64,000 nucleotides of DNA, taken from NCBI GenBank assembly GCA_013265495.1, contig MU057719.1, positions 684,001 through 748,000 of the forward strand, in the 5' to 3' direction. A model generated the notes under the pieces. The model was given only the letters and a program-made list of their open reading frames with translations, was not told the DNA's origin and did no database searches. Positions 12,040 to 25,600 of the stretch are shown in pieces (position 1 is the stretch's first letter; every line of letters begins with the position of its first letter). The DNA comes from Vicugna vicugna (taxonomy: Eukaryota). A program made the translations under genes and the position numbers.

Positions 12040-12324
12040 GTGAGTGCGGGCAGCGGCGTCTGCCCTGACCCGGCATCCTCGGCATCTCCACGAGTGAAGG
12101 GCCGAGTTGGCCCTGGGGTGGGGGCTGGGCCCAGGAGCACGTGGCCCCTGACGGGTGGAGGCCAACTGGCCTGCGGGGAGCGGGTGAAGCCCTGTTAGGA
12201 GACGCCCCAGGCGTGAGACCCAGGGCTTAGGGGCTGATGCTGCTCGGGGAGATGGGAGGGGCGTGGGAGTGGGGTACAGGGGCCCCGGGGATGGATTGCA
12301 GACCTGAGGCTCTGCCCCTGCCAG

Positions 12325-12415
12325 GAATGATGCTGGGCGGGGGCTGTGGGCAGGAGCTGGCCCACTGGATCGTCCACGGGCGCCCGGAGAAGGACATGCA
12401 CGGCTATGACATCAG
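12325..12415 (+). CDS. SARDH: SARDH exon 10, 91 nt: (G)[29 protein letters not shown](R); ends at a GC donor
   Basis: gccag|GA ... ATCAG|gcgagt; this is the donor that gives phase 2 and matches the next exon (YDIR-RFHH). Confidence 0.93.
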
Positions 12416-15400
12416 GCGAGTGTGTGGGCACCTGTGAGCGGGGTGGCCGCCCGCGGCCAGGGTGGGGACGGCACACATCAAGGGCTATTTAGAAAGGAGC
12501 CTTCCCTGAAATCCAGAGGGCTTCTTGGAAGAGGTGGCAGTAAGGAAGGGAAGGGAGGCAGGCTGCCAGTGGGGGGCCGAGCTGCGGGGTGCCTGGGTTT
12601 GGCAGATCCGGGGCCCTTTACAGTTCCCGGGACGTCTGGTCTGGGGGTCCTGCCTGACCGACCAGGCAGCTCTGGGGTTGGCAGCAGGACCGCACCGTCC
12701 CGCTTTGCAGATGGGAGGCTGAGGCCTGGGGAACAGGCGGCACGGCGCAGGCCGCCCGGGAGCGGGCTGCGCTGCGGCGATCTTGCTGGTGCGCGTGCTG
12801 TAACTGCCGTTGGGACGGCGAGCACGTTGGTGTAGGTGGAAGGCCCGGCGTCCGGTCCGCTCACGGAAACGCTCAGCCAGCCCGAGCTGAGGCCGCGGGG
12901 CGCTGGCACCGAGCTGGGAGGCGTTCTGGTTGCCCACAGCCCTCACGAGGCGGGGCAGAGATGCAGGCGCCCCCTGGCAGGGTCTGGAGGGTGGGCCTCG
13001 GTGGCACTGGGGTCTGGTCCCCAGGAGGCAGTCCGTGGCCCGGGCACTGCAGGTGGCGGTCGAGGCAGCAGCCTGGAGATGCCTCTGTGGGTGTTCAGCC
13101 AGCTCTGCTGTGGGCGCTCCTGGCGGACAGCCGCCCTGGGGAGAGCGCAGCTGCCCAGCAGGGCTGGAGGTGCTGGTGGGGCTCAGCACAGCCCCCTCCC
13201 CTGCTGCTAACCTCGTCCCTTCCTGGCCTGTTGAGGACATTGCATCCCCTGGGGGGGATGTCTGGCCCCACCAGAGACAGACACAGACTGAGATCCCCTG
13301 ACTGCCACCCCCTCCGCGGCACCTGGCACAGCGTGGTCTGCTCTGGCGCTGCTTCAGAGCCTGTCTGGGGCTGTGCCCACCGCTCTCCCAAGAGAGGAAC
13401 GTTCCAGAAATGATAAAGCTGCAAGAGGCCTCAGGGATAGGCCAGTGCAACCCCTGCCCCACAAACAGCAAAATAGAGGTGCCGAGGCCAGGAGGTGACT
13501 GGCCTGAGGTCACCCAGCAGGCAGGCCAGAGTGGGCAGGGACCTCGCTTCCAAGCCTGCAGGGGTGTCCACTGTCCCCAGCCGCCCAAGGGGGCGAGGCG
13601 TCAGCCCAGGAAGGGGAGGGCCCCGGGCTCGCCCTCGGCCCAGCGAGGGGCCTCCGGGAAGCAGTGCTGGCTCCTGCCCACCTCCCAGGCCGGGCTGGTG
13701 GAGGAGGTGCAGGGAGGGCGGGATGCAGGGCATGCAGCCAGCAGCCCCAGCCCTCAGGCCGGTGAAGCTCCCTCTCAGGGGTCTGCGCCTTCATCGGCTG
13801 CCTCTTCTCGCGAGCTGAGACGTTCATGGGAGCATCTTGCGGGCTGGTTTGCCGGGGTGGGGGTGGGGAAGACAGACAGAGCTCTCACTTCTGCCTAGGG
13901 TCACAGGCTGGAAGGCAGAGGGTCCGGGGAGGGAGCCCGAGTGCTGGGGCCCAGAGGGTAGGGGTGGGGTCTGCGATCTCGTCCGCCCACCCTCTGGCTG
14001 GGCAGCGCACCCAGGAGACGACCGGCTCACTGCATCCAAGCCCGAGCGGTCACTGACATGGAACTTCGGATCCACCCAGCGCCCCCGCCCCGCCCCCACC
14101 CCACGCTGGCGGCTGCCACCACCAGCACCCAGGGCCTTTCAGCACTAATGAGGTGTTCTGCTTCCCTGGGCCTGAGGGCTGGGGGAGGAGATGAAACAGA
14201 GACCCTGTGAGGGAGGCAGAGGCAGGGAATGAGGGAGCTGCATCAGGAAGTCACCAAAAACCTGAGAAGAAAAAGAGCCACGGTGCTTGTCCCCAGTGGA
14301 AGGTCCCAGCAACACGCGGCTGCGACACCCCCTCACCTTCCACCCAGAAGGACGGGCTCAGGGACCCGGGCGTCAGACTGTGGCGGGAGGGGCCCAGGGC
14401 GGGGTCCAGGACGCGTCTGCACCCTGGGCTGCGTGTGAGGCTCCTGGGGCTGGCCTGGCACCAGGTGGTGCGTGGCCGAGGTGGCAGCCCTTTGTGAAAC
14501 CCAAGTGGGTTCTCAGCCATCCCAGCCCCGCCACCTACTGGCTGTGTGGCCCTCAGCCGGTCCCTCCTCCTCTCTAGCCTTGGTTTCCCCATCCGTGCAA
14601 TGGGAACAATGATCCGCTGGCTCCGGGGGGTGAGTCTGAGGTTCACAGGAGGGGCGCCTCCCCAGGGCCTGCGCAGGCGGCGCCCAGAGTGATATTTTCA
14701 GGGAGTCCTTGGGGTCCCGGCAACCGGGGAAGGAGGAGTCGCTCCTTACTATGTCAAGAGGGTGGCTGGATGCTGGCCACGGCCTCCAGCCGCAGGTCCC
14801 TCTGCCTGCTCGTGTGCAGGTGGACGTGGCGGTCGGGCCCGTGTGGGCCACGGGGAGCGGTCCTCCTGCTGATCCGCGGTTACTCTCTGCCTGGGCTGAG
14901 TGTCCTCGCCGATGCCCACAGATATGTGCACAGAGTGGTCACAGTCCTGGCCGGCCGGCGCCTACCGGGTCGGGCAGCATCTGTCCATGCAGGGGTCACC
15001 CAGCCCTGTGCCCGCCCTGTCTCCTTCCTCTGTCCCTGCCACCCAGGGGGTTTGAGAAGACAACTGAGGCTCCTCAGAGTGGCTGGGAGGGTGACCACGT
15101 CCCATCCTGAGAGCCACGTGGCCCCTGGTGCCTGGGGGTGAGTCTGACCACGGACTAGGCAGTGGAGGGCAGGCCTCCTGGCCTCCTCCCTTCCCGGCTC
15201 GGCACCCCCCCCAAGCCTGCCACGAGTTTCCAGGCTGCACTTTGTCCCCTCACTGCTCCTGCCGCCCAAGTGCTGCTGCCGGGACCCCCCGGACCGCTGA
15301 GCCAGCTCCGTGGCTCCCTCTCCTGCAGTGTGTGCTGGAAGCTCCTGGGCCAGCGTGTGTAGCCCCGCTCGGGTGCAGGCGGGTTCCACACATGAGGCCG

Positions 15401-16480
15401 CTCTGAGGACTGCCACGGGCTCCTGCAGTTGGCACTCCCCCCCGGCGTGTGCTGGAACAGGGCTCCCTGAACTATAATGACGACCGTGAGTGTTACCTGT
15501 TAGTGCTAACTCTCGCATCGGTAGCCCGTCCCCCGCCCAGATCAGAACATCGTGCTGACTGGGACTGCGGGCCAACCGAGGGTCAGGTACTCCCGACGGG
15601 GCTCAGACAGGAGTCACTGAGGACAGAGGCACTGATGGGGACGCAGCTGGGAGGAGGTGGGCCCTGGAGGACGTGTGACACGCCCACAGGTGGGGAGTGA
15701 ACGTGGGGGACAGGCGGGGGCCGTGGTGAGCGGGGCGCCTGTGCACAGTCTGGCTCGGGCAGCTGTGGCCGGTCCCGGGAGGCCAGACGGAGGGGCTATT
15801 GGGTGGCCCGGGCTGTTCTGCCCACTGGGAGGCTGGGGGCGGGGGCTGGGCCACAGGACACATGCTGGGCCTCTTAGCTCAGCAGGAAATAACGTGGGGC
15901 TCGCCGGGTGGAGCCGGACACCACCAGGGGGCGAAGTGGCTGCGTCTGATGCCGCCCCAGGAGCACGGGGACAGACCTGCGGGGATCCCGGTCGCACTGT
16001 CCCCGGGAGCGGGGTTCTCGGACACAGCTGGGCTTCTCCTGAGCCTCCGCACCTCCTGGGGGGTCTGACCTGAGGGGCAGCGAGGAGAACGGGGCACTCT
16101 GTCACATCTGCTGGCCCCAAGCTCCGAAGATCCCTCACGTTAGCGTTCACCAGATCTTCTGGGCTTCTGGGCCCGTCTTCCCGGCCTGCACAGCCCAGTG
16201 CCCAGGCCGGGGACCAGGAGCGCGGCTCAGCCCCGAGCACGTCCCCAGCCCAGGGCCCTGCACCCGCAGTGTCTGCTCACTGCTCCTCACAGCTGTGGGG
16301 GGTGCAGGCGAGGAGGCTGAGCTCCCCAAGGTTTGGGGGCTGCTCAAGGCCCCTTGGTGGGAGGACAGAACATCCCCCTCCAAATGCCTGAGCCTCACGG
16401 AGGACCCTGGAGGGTCCAGTTGCGCTCGGTCCCTGGCTGGCCCTCCCCGAGGCAGTGACCGGCCCCTCTATCCACGACAG

Positions 16481-16622
16481 GCGCTTCCATCACTCGCTCA
16501 CAGACCACAGCCGCTGGATTCGCGAGCGCAGCCACGAGTCCTACGCCAAGAATTACTCCGTTGTCTTCCCCCACGATGAGCCCCTGGCCGGACGCAACAT
16601 GAGGAGGGGCCCCCTGCACGAG
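16481..16622 (+). CDS. SARDH: SARDH exon 11, 142 nt: [47 protein letters not shown]
   Basis: gacag|G ... GAG|gtacca; phase 2/0. Confidence 0.96.
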
Positions 16623-18004
16623 GTACCACACCCCCTACCAGCTGTAGGTGCTCTCATGGTGCCCAGAGTGTGAGGGGACAGGGCAGGTGAGATGGCGTGG
16701 TGGCTGACGGAACGTGCTTGGAGCGCAGTAAGGGGTCCCCAGGGGCGGGTGCGCGGGCAGGTGTGCAGTCGCCCATCAGGAGGGCGTGGCCAGACAGCAG
16801 CGGGCTGGGGAGACCTGCGCCTGCTTGCGGAGCCTGCCTGGGGTGTCAGTCCTCCCTGGTGAACTTCTGCTTATGCGGTGAAACCCATCGTCAGGTGCCC
16901 TTCCCGGGCCCTGCCCCTGTGTAGTCTCCGAAGCCCCTGACACCCCGGGCGCCTTCCCTGCACTCCCATCCCCCCTCCAAACCCCATTCACCCCCATCCC
17001 CTCCTTGCCCTCACCTCCTCCTGTGCTGCAGGCCTTGCTGACCTTCTCCCAGGACGCTGCCCATGGGAGCTGTGCCCCAGGCACTCTGAGCACAGGCTCT
17101 CGGTAGGCGCTCAGGGAACGTCTGTGGGCCGGATGGATGGAGCAGGAGACAGGGGGGCAGGCTTGGGCGCAGGTGGCATTTAAGCAGAAGGAGCCTCCTC
17201 CACTGGGACTCGGGGCGGGGGCTGGGGTCTGCTGCGCCCCCCGAGAACAGAGACATCCTGGGCTCCTGGGCGGCTCTGCCCTTTGGCCTGGCCTAGAGGG
17301 CCAGCTGGGAACCCTGGGGGCCCCACGTGGCCTCAGGCTCCCCCCGAGCCTGCCCCCGGGCTTTAACGGCCCGCGCCGTCCCCGCAGCTCAGTGGCCTCC
17401 TGAGGAGCTCGGGGCCTGCTGCACTGGGGCGGCAGGCGATGGGCTCAGACCGGCTGCTCACGGCGCGGTGCTGCCCGGAGGGGGTGCAGCACCCCGCCCC
17501 CAGGGAGGAACGGGCCTCTGCCCGTGCCTCCACACCTCTTCCTCGCGGTACCCCGTTTGGGACGTGGGTCTGGTTAAGTAGCGGAGGCTGCTCCCCCGTT
17601 TTCCCTCCTTGGAAAGGTGACTCGTCTCAGGTGGACGTGTCTCCATCGCTCGCTGGAGGGGAGTGGATTTTGTGTCCTTGGCTGCCACCCTGTCGGACAC
17701 CCAGGGAGGACGTGTCAGGTGTCACCGGTCGGCACATGACCCGATGCCCCCTCCACCTCCAGGTCTCAGTGGTCCTCAGGGAGAAGGGGGCGGTGCAGGC
17801 CGTCCCGGCCTTGGGCATCCAAAGGTCCTGGCACTTGAATGTCCCTGCCAGACTCAGCTCCCGAAGCCCCCTCTGCCTGGGCTCTGGACGCCCCCGTGCC
17901 GGCACAGGGCCCTTCCAAACCTGACGGCGGAGACTCTTTTCTCCCCCAAACCAGATATATTTCCAGAGACATCCGCCACGACGTTACTTCATTGTGTCTG
18001 CTGG

Positions 18005-18505
18005 AATTTTTTTATTGTGCTAAAGGACACGTAACATAAAACCTGCCATTTTAACCATTTTAAAGTCCCCACTTCAGGGGGATAAAGTCCATTCATGATG
18101 GTGGGCAAGCATCACCGCCGTCTGGTTGCAGAGAGTTTTCATCTCCGCAGAAGGAAACCCCGGAGCTGTGAGGCAGAAGCTCCCCTTTCAGCACCCCCCC
18201 CCAGCCTGGGGAGGCCGCTAGTCTGCTGCTGTCTCCGGACTGGCCTGCCCTGCCGTTTCACATGAGAGGCCGCGTGCGCCGCGTGGCTCTTGTGACTGCT
18301 TTCTGCTCCTTACTGTTGTTTTTGAGGTTCAGCTCTGAGGCGGCAGGTGTCTTTAAGGCTGGGTAACATTGCGTCGTGTGGATGGGCCCTGCTCAGGGGG
18401 CTGTCCTCCCCTCGTGGCTGTTGTGCCACATGTGCATGTGGGCTTGTACACACGCCTGGTGTCGCTCCTCCTGGGTGCGCACCTGCCGTGGCGTTGCTGG
18501 GTCAC
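18005..18505 (-). mobile_element. L1MB-like 3' end fragment
   Basis: tttttttattgtg...aacataaaacctgccattttaaccattttaaag, typical of an antisense L1MB 3' terminus. Confidence 0.75.
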
Positions 18506-18514
18506 GGGGAGCAC

Positions 18515-18856
18515 CAGACTGCTCAGGTGGCGTGACAGGTCCCACAGACGGAGGGCTGGACGTCAGAGTCACATTTCTCTCTGCTTGGGAGGCTGGGGGG
18601 TCAGAGTCGAGGTGCCCGCTGACCTGTCCCGGTGAGAGTTCTGTCCCTGGCTTTCGGACGGTCGCCTTCCCGCTGTGTCACCTCCCAGCAAAGAGTGAGC
18701 CCTGGCGCCTCCTCTCCTTTCAGGATGTGGGCCCCACCCTTAGGACCGCATTTCACCCTGATTCCCTCCTCACAGGCTCTCTCTCCAAAAACAGTCACAC
18801 TGGGGGTTAGGGCTTCAACACAGGAATTGGGGGAAGATGCAATTCAGTCCTTAAGA
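18515..18856 (-). mobile_element. MaLR (MLT1-like) LTR
   Basis: End resembles the MLT1 terminus: acagtcacactgggggttagggcttcaaca...aattcagtcc. Confidence 0.75.
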
Positions 18857-19059
18857 GAAGCTAATTCTGCACCTTGGGGATTCTTGGGGGCACAGTGGGG
18901 TGCTGGGGGCCTGAGTCAGAGCCTGGGCATGGGTCCTGGTTCCGAGCACCAGGACCTCTTGGCCCTCTGCCCCGGGGACAAGGTGATGGCATCGCTCACT
19001 CCCTGCCCTGCTCTGGGGTCCGGCCAGGCCTGAGCGTGCCTGCTCTCCTTCCTGCCCAG

Positions 19060-19143
19060 GAGCTCCTCGAGCGAGGCTGCGTGTTCCAGGAGCGGCACGG
19101 CTGGGAGCGGCCGGGATGGTTTAGTCCCCAAGGCGCCGCGCCG
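19060..19143 (+). CDS. SARDH: SARDH exon 12, 84 nt: [28 protein letters not shown]
   Basis: cccag|GAG ... CCG|gtgagt; GWERP motif of the GcvT-like folate domain. Confidence 0.97.
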
Positions 19144-21108
19144 GTGAGTAGGCCCCAGGGCCCAGCGGTCACACCACCAACAGGGCCTTGCCCTCGACCC
19201 CCACCCACTCCCCCTCCTCCCCGCCCGAGGGGGCTGCTGTGCGGTCAGCGCTCAGTGAGCCGGACGGGCCAGGGGCCTGGGAAAGCCAGCGTCCCAGAGT
19301 GGGGAGGCCATGCACAAGACTCCCCCAGTTTACAGGAGAAATTAGAGCATTTTCTCGTGATTTTGTTCAGATATTTTTGGCAGCTGCAGCTGTTAATGGC
19401 AGGATTTAGCACAAAATTATGCATTCCACGTGCTAGTTTGTAAGCTGGAGTTTCGCTGCATCCTGGCCTCTGGGTGCCCTATGGGGGCGCCCCACTCCTC
19501 CACCCAGGGCCTCCCAGGGCCTGTCAGACTCTCAGAGAAAATGATCAAAACCACCCTGCTTGTGAAACCCTCGGCCTGGGGTCTTGGAGCAGGTGATGCG
19601 ATGCTTCGGGTCCAACCAGGGGGACAGCACTCGATCCAGATTTGCACAAATTAAAATCCCTTCCCCGTTGCTATTTTTCACCAGTCGCCTTCCAGGGCAA
19701 CCCATCTCATCTCCATAGCAACTGTGTCCCAAGGCAAGTGCCAGGGCCTGTCAGGTGACGTGGAGGCCAGAGCTCCTGCGGGCCTCGGCCTCTGCTCCCC
19801 CGGGGTTGGCAGAGAGGAGGGGCCTGGGCAGACCCCTCCCTGAGCAGCTCTCTGCAGAGCCCACCACCTCTAGCCTGGCCTGCCCTGGAAGCCCCTCAGG
19901 ATCCTTGGCCAGCCCGCCGAGGCCAGAGCAGGAATCAGGAACGTACCCTTTGTCCCGGGATGGGCAGGCTTTGCAGCCCCCACCCAGAAGCCGTCCTGGG
20001 AGTCCAGGGCCCCGGGTGACTGGACACCCCCACTTCCAGGGCTCCCTGGCCGAGCGAGAGCAGGCCGGGACGTCCCTGCAGGGGCCTCAGGGGCCCGTGG
20101 GAGCCACCTGGGGGGCCAGGGAGATGACTTCCTGCAGAGACTCCATACAGGCCTGTCCCTGGACTCCAGGGCTTGAGCCGGGGAGGGGAGCACTGAGGGA
20201 GCAGAGGGGCCTGACTCAGAACTTCATACCCGCTCTCGCCCATGCAGGAGACTGGGCAGGGCCGGCCCTGCTGGGAGGTGAGAATTCACTGGCTTGCTCA
20301 CGCTTTTCCGGCAGAGTTAGGAGTGGGGAGTGGGGAAGAGGAGGAGGAGGGCCTCCACTAGCAGGAGTCGGGCCGAGAGCGGCGTGCTGGGTTCTGGGCA
20401 TCTCTGGGAGCAGCTGGCAGAGCACGGGAAAGGCCAAGGCAAGTGGTGGCTGAGAAGCCAGCCTCCAGGGCCACCCGCCCAGGGTTGTCCAGGCCGTCAG
20501 GGTTCTGACCTGAGGCAAGCTTCAGTCTTTCTGAGCCTCTGTTTCCTCAGCTGTAGAAGGGCTCTCCCTCCCTAGGGGCGCGAGGCCCTCTGAGCAGGGC
20601 TTCGCTCAGGGCAGGACCTGGTCCCGGGTCGTCATGGCAACAGCTTCTGGACCCACCGTTGCTGCCACCCCACCCCCAACTCTGTCGCCCTCTTCCTCCG
20701 CGAGCTGATCCCTGGGTCTCATCCCACCGCCTTGGCACTGAGTCAGAAGCCCTGGCTTGGCCCCTCAGGGTCCCAGCCGACCTGGCCCTGCCTCCTTCGG
20801 CCCCGTCTTTCCCCATCTCTCCGCGCTCAAGCCCACCCCCACTTCTCTGTCCTCCTGGGACCCCAGCCGGCTCAGCCTGCCCTTCCCACCACCACGGAGA
20901 TTACGGTGTCATTTGTGCAAGGTTGATGGAACGCCTGAGCCCGCCACCGCCCCGCCCTTGTCCTGGGTCTCGATGTCCCACGAGAGGGAGGCTCTGGGAG
21001 GGCATCTGACCTACGGGTCTTTGTCTTTGCAGGGCCCGGCCCAGGCCCCGCTGTGTCCCGAGGGAGGGGGAGAGGGGAGGACGGCTGCCGACCCCGCTTC
21101 TTCCCCAG

Positions 21109-21222
21109 GTGCTGCCTTACGACTACTGTGGGGCCTACGGGAACCGGGCACACGAGGACTACGCCTACGGCCGGCTGCTGGCGGCCGAACACACCTTCGA
21201 CTTCCCACCCCACCACGACGTG
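21109..21222 (+). CDS. SARDH: SARDH exon 13, 114 nt: [38 protein letters not shown]
   Basis: cccag|GTG ... GTG|gtagga; phase 0/0. Confidence 0.95.
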
Positions 21223-22634
21223 GTAGGACCCGCCCCACCCCTCGCAGCTTCTGCAGGCAAATGCCAGCGTCCGCCCCGCGCAGCCCCGCTGCTTTGTAAA
21301 GCGGTCCCCGAGCAGAACACGCGGTGTCCCCTACCCCCGGCCGGCTGGAGGCAGGGAAGTCCGGGTCTCGTGTCTGTGGGGGGGAGCCAGGGTCTCAGCC
21401 TGGGGGTCCGTGGCGAGGCGGGAGGACAGCCCGGCCAGCCTCCGGGTGTGGGGCCCCTGCAGGCACGGGGGGGGGCCCTGCTCAGACGCACCCTGGGCTG
21501 GAGTTAACACTCTGCTGTTGCTGCCCTGAAACTGAATACTTTGTGAACAAGACCCACAGTTTTATTTCCCCCAAATTCTGCACAAATTACCCTGAAGGGA
21601 AGGAGCCAGGCTTTCCTCCAAAGCTTGCGCTCGTAAAGGCGTGGGGGAAGGGGCTCCCGCCAGGGAAGTGGAGGCACGGTTGTCCACAGCGCAGGCGTCC
21701 CTGGGGGCTGCCTCTCGGAGGCGTGAACGGGTTTCCGTCTGGCACCTCCGCACCCGCGGCTTCCAAGACGTGCGGGAGGTTCTGGCCCTCGAGGATGTGG
21801 GAGCCCGGAGGGGGTGCCAACTTGGCTCCGTGGCTGCATCCCACCCCCGCACACGCGCCTCAGCGATCCCGAAGCATGAAGCACGTGCTTGTTCTCGGCG
21901 TTGGCAGCTCCCCAGCCCGGGTAGACGAGAGGCGGCTGGGAGCTGCTTTGGGTTCGGTCTGTAGCCCCGGCAGGTCCCACAACGCCTGCGGGCGGTGGGA
22001 GCCCAGAAAGGGCAGTGGTGCCCAGGGAGGGGTGAGTAGCAGCATCCGGGGCTCAGACCCACAGGCCGAGTGCGGTGCTGTGTAACGGCCGGGGGGCTGC
22101 CTGACCCGCCGCGCGGGCCAGTGAACACACTCACCGTCCGCTCGCTCCCTGCCCCTGCCCGCGCGGCATCGCGGAAGCAGCGCGGTGGGGCCAGATGCGC
22201 ACGGTGGCCTCTAGGCATCGGGCACTGCTGCACGGCCCCGCTGATGGAGGGCCCCCTCGGTTCCACCTGTGCACCCCTGAGCAGATCACACACTGGGCCT
22301 CAGAGGACGCTGAGTATGGGCTGCTCATAACAGCTGCTCCCGGGTGGCCGTGTAGGTTCCCTGGGGCGGCGGGAGCTGGGCGGGCCACGGACACACAGTC
22401 GGTGCTCCGAAAGTGGCAGCTTTGCCGTTGTCATTTTTTTCAGTAAGACCAGTGGGGTTGGCACACTTGCTCAGTGGTGGGGTGAGGTGTTTAGGGCAAA
22501 GAGGCGGGTGGCCTTGTGGCATTGCAAGGGAAGACCAAGCAGAAAAAACAGGTGGACAGCAGAAGACCTTGAAAACAGGGCCGGGGCGTTTGCACACAGT
22601 GTGGAGGGAAGTAAGGATGGATGATGAGTTCTTA

Positions 22635-25600
22635 AAAAAAAACAGACCAGCTTTATTGGGATATATTCACAGACCGTGCAATCCAGCCATTCAGAGTGCA
22701 CAGGTCCATGTTTTCAGTCTATTCATGGCGTTGCACAGCCATCACTACAGTCTAATTTTAGAACGTCCTCATCTCCCCTCCGCGGGAACCCTGCACCTGT
22801 CAGCAGTCACTGCCCCTCCTCAGCCCAGCCCGCCTCCCGGCACTGGTCTCCTTGGTGTCCCTGTGGGCTAACCTCACCTGGACAGTCCAGGGAACGGGTT
22901 CAGGCAGCGGTGGCCTTTGGTGACTGGCTCCTTTCACTGAACGTGGTGCGTTCACGGGCCATCCGTGTTTTACGACGCGTCAATACGTCATTCCTTCTTA
23001 TTCTGAATGATGGTCCATCACACGATGTGTTACTTTTTCTGTGTCTGTTGGTCTGTGGATGAACATCTGAGTTGTTAAACTCGGCTCTGGTGAATAACGC
23101 TGTTACAGGATGTGGGTACCAGTTTCTGTGTCTAGATGAATGCTGGCATCTCCCGGGGTGCATGTCCAGGAGAGGGAGGGCTGGGTCACCTGGTGACTCT
23201 GTGTTTAACGTTCTGAGGAAGTGCCAACTGTTCTCCAAAGTGGCCGCACCGTTTTACATTCCCGCCCGCGGGTGTGAGCTTCCATCCTGTCCACCCTCAC
23301 CGGCACTGGTAGTTAACTGTCTCTTTGATTCGAGCCATCCTCGTGGGTGTGAGGCGGCGTCTCGCCGTCTGGGGCTGCATGTCCCTGATGACTAACGGTG
23401 CCGAGCACCTTTCATGTGCCGAGTTGGCCGTTGGGAGGTGGTCCTCAGGGAAAGACCTGTTCAGAGCGCTTGCTCACTTGTAAGCGGGTCATCTGCCCGG
23501 CATTCAGCTGCGAGAGTTCTCGTCAGATTTATGACGGGTAAATATTTTCTCCCATTCTTACTTTTTCAGTAATCTTGTTGGCAGCACAAAGGTTCCTAAT
23601 TCTGACGAAGTACAGCTTCCGCATTCTTTCCCTTTGTCCCCCGTGTTTTGGGGGCCATATTTAAGCAGGCATCTCCTAACCCAGGTTACAAAGACCTGCT
23701 CCTGTGTTTTCTCCTCGGAGCTGCGCAGTTGTGAACCTCGTAACGAGGTCTGCGATCTGCTTTGAGTTACATGCTGTGTGTGGTGTGAGGAAGGGGCCCA
23801 TCCCCCTCTCCTGCAGGGGGCTGTTCAGTTGTCGCAGCACCACGTGCTGAAGTTGCCCTTTTCCCCACTGAACTGCCTTGGCATCCTTGTGAAGAATCCG
23901 CTGACCATAAACATGAGGGTTTATTTCTGGACTCTCAGTTCTAGTCCATTGGTCTATATGTGTCTGTCCGTATGTTACTACCACTCCGTCTTGATGATAA
24001 TAGCTTCGTAGTAAGTTTTGCAATAAGTCCTCCATGTTTGTTATTCTTTTTTTTTAAGGTTGTTTTGAATGTTCTGGGTCCCTTACATTTCCATATGAAG
24101 TGTAGGATCGGCTTGTCAACTTCTGCCAAGGAGCCAGCTGAGGCTTTGGCAGGGAGTGTGCTGAATCTGCAGGTCAGTTCAGAGAGGACCGTCATCTCGT
24201 CAGTAGTCCTTGTTGCATAAGCGTGGGGTGGCTTTCTGTTTAGTTAAGTCTTCTTTAATTTCTTCCGGAAGTATTTTCTCGTTTCTAGAGTACAAGTGTG
24301 GACTTCTGTTAGGTTTGTTTGCAAGCATCTAAAATGTCTTTCTGGTGATGTAGGTGGAGTGGTTTTCTTAATTTTGTTGACAGTTCACCGCTGGTGCATC
24401 AAAAGACAATCGTTTTTTGCTGGCTGTATATTGGCCCTGCATCCTGCAGCTTGGCTGAACTGTTTTACTGCTTGTAGTAGCTTCCAGTGGCCTCCTCAGG
24501 GTTTCACACGCAAGAGCGTGTCATCTGCCCGTAGGGACCATCGTGCTGCTGCTTCTCCTCTCCTGGCACTCCTCATTCCGCCTTCGTGCCTAATTGCTTC
24601 AGTTCCATCAACTGCTGACCAGGCAGCGCTGATGGAACTGAAGAGAGCGGACGGCCCTGTCTTGTCCTGCTCTTGGAGCGCTCGGTCTCTCACCGCCGAG
24701 TGCGGCAGCTCCGGGGTTCTGTTCGTGACTCTGCAGGTGGAGGAATTTCCCTTTTCCCCTAGTTTGCTTGAAGTTTCATCCTGAAAGGTGTTGGATTTTG
24801 TCAGACACTTTTCCCGCATCAGCTGAGACGATTGTGTGGCTTCTGTCTTCATGTCTGTAACACGACGCATTCCATCGATTGATCTGTGGGTGGTGAGCCG
24901 GCCCCCCATCCCCGGGGTGAACCCCATGTGGTCATGGTGTGTGATTCTTTAGACGCGGCATTGGATTCAGTCTGCTGGAGTTTGGTGAGGTTTCTTTGTA
25001 TCTATGTGCGCGAGGGACACTGGTGTGTTGTTTCCTTACGGGTGTTTGGTTTTGGCATCGGGGCAATGCTGGCCTTACGGGCCGAGCTTATGAAGACTTG
25101 GTATTGATTCCCCTTTGACTGTTTGGTAAAATGCACCAGTGACGCCTCCGGGGGCGGGGCTTCGTGGGGGAGCGGCGGGCGAATCACCCATGAAGTCTCT
25201 TCTGTTGTGGACGATTCCGACTTTGTTTCCCCTTCGGTCAGTTCAGTAGCTGTGTGTGTTTCAAGTGTCGCATTTCTCATCTCATCGGTCGGTGGCCGGA
25301 TGCTCACGGTGTTCCCTGAGGCCTCTGTGTACCCGTGGGTCGGGCGGCCGTGCCCTCCTTCGCTGCTGATCTCAGCGCGCTGAGCCTTCCCTTGGTCAGT
25401 TTAGCTGGTTTGCCTGTTCTGTTGCCCTTCCCAAGGTCACAGTGTTTACCTTCGCTGCTGTTCTCCACTTCTCGAGGTCTCATTTATTTCCTTTCTGATC
25501 CCTGTTGTTTCTCTCCTCTGCCTGCACTGGTGTCATTTGCTTTCCTTTTCTAGTTCCTCAAAGTGGAGAGGGAGGTGCTGGCGCCGTGCCGTCAGTCCGC

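Noticed and set aside
12040..12324. 285-nt intron 9 (multiple of 3) as an in-frame retained intron
   Set aside because: In-frame TGA at 12066-12068.
12420..12425. Canonical GT donor for exon 10
   Set aside because: Gives phase 0, incompatible with the phase-2 acceptor at 16480, and would frameshift the protein.
12485..13588. 367-aa minus-strand ORF (also 323 aa at 29558-30529, 317 aa at 40956-41909, 290 aa at 53107-53979)
   Set aside because: Pro/Gly/Arg/Ala-rich with no recognisable domain; overlapping frames on both strands are equally open. Expected by chance at this GC content.
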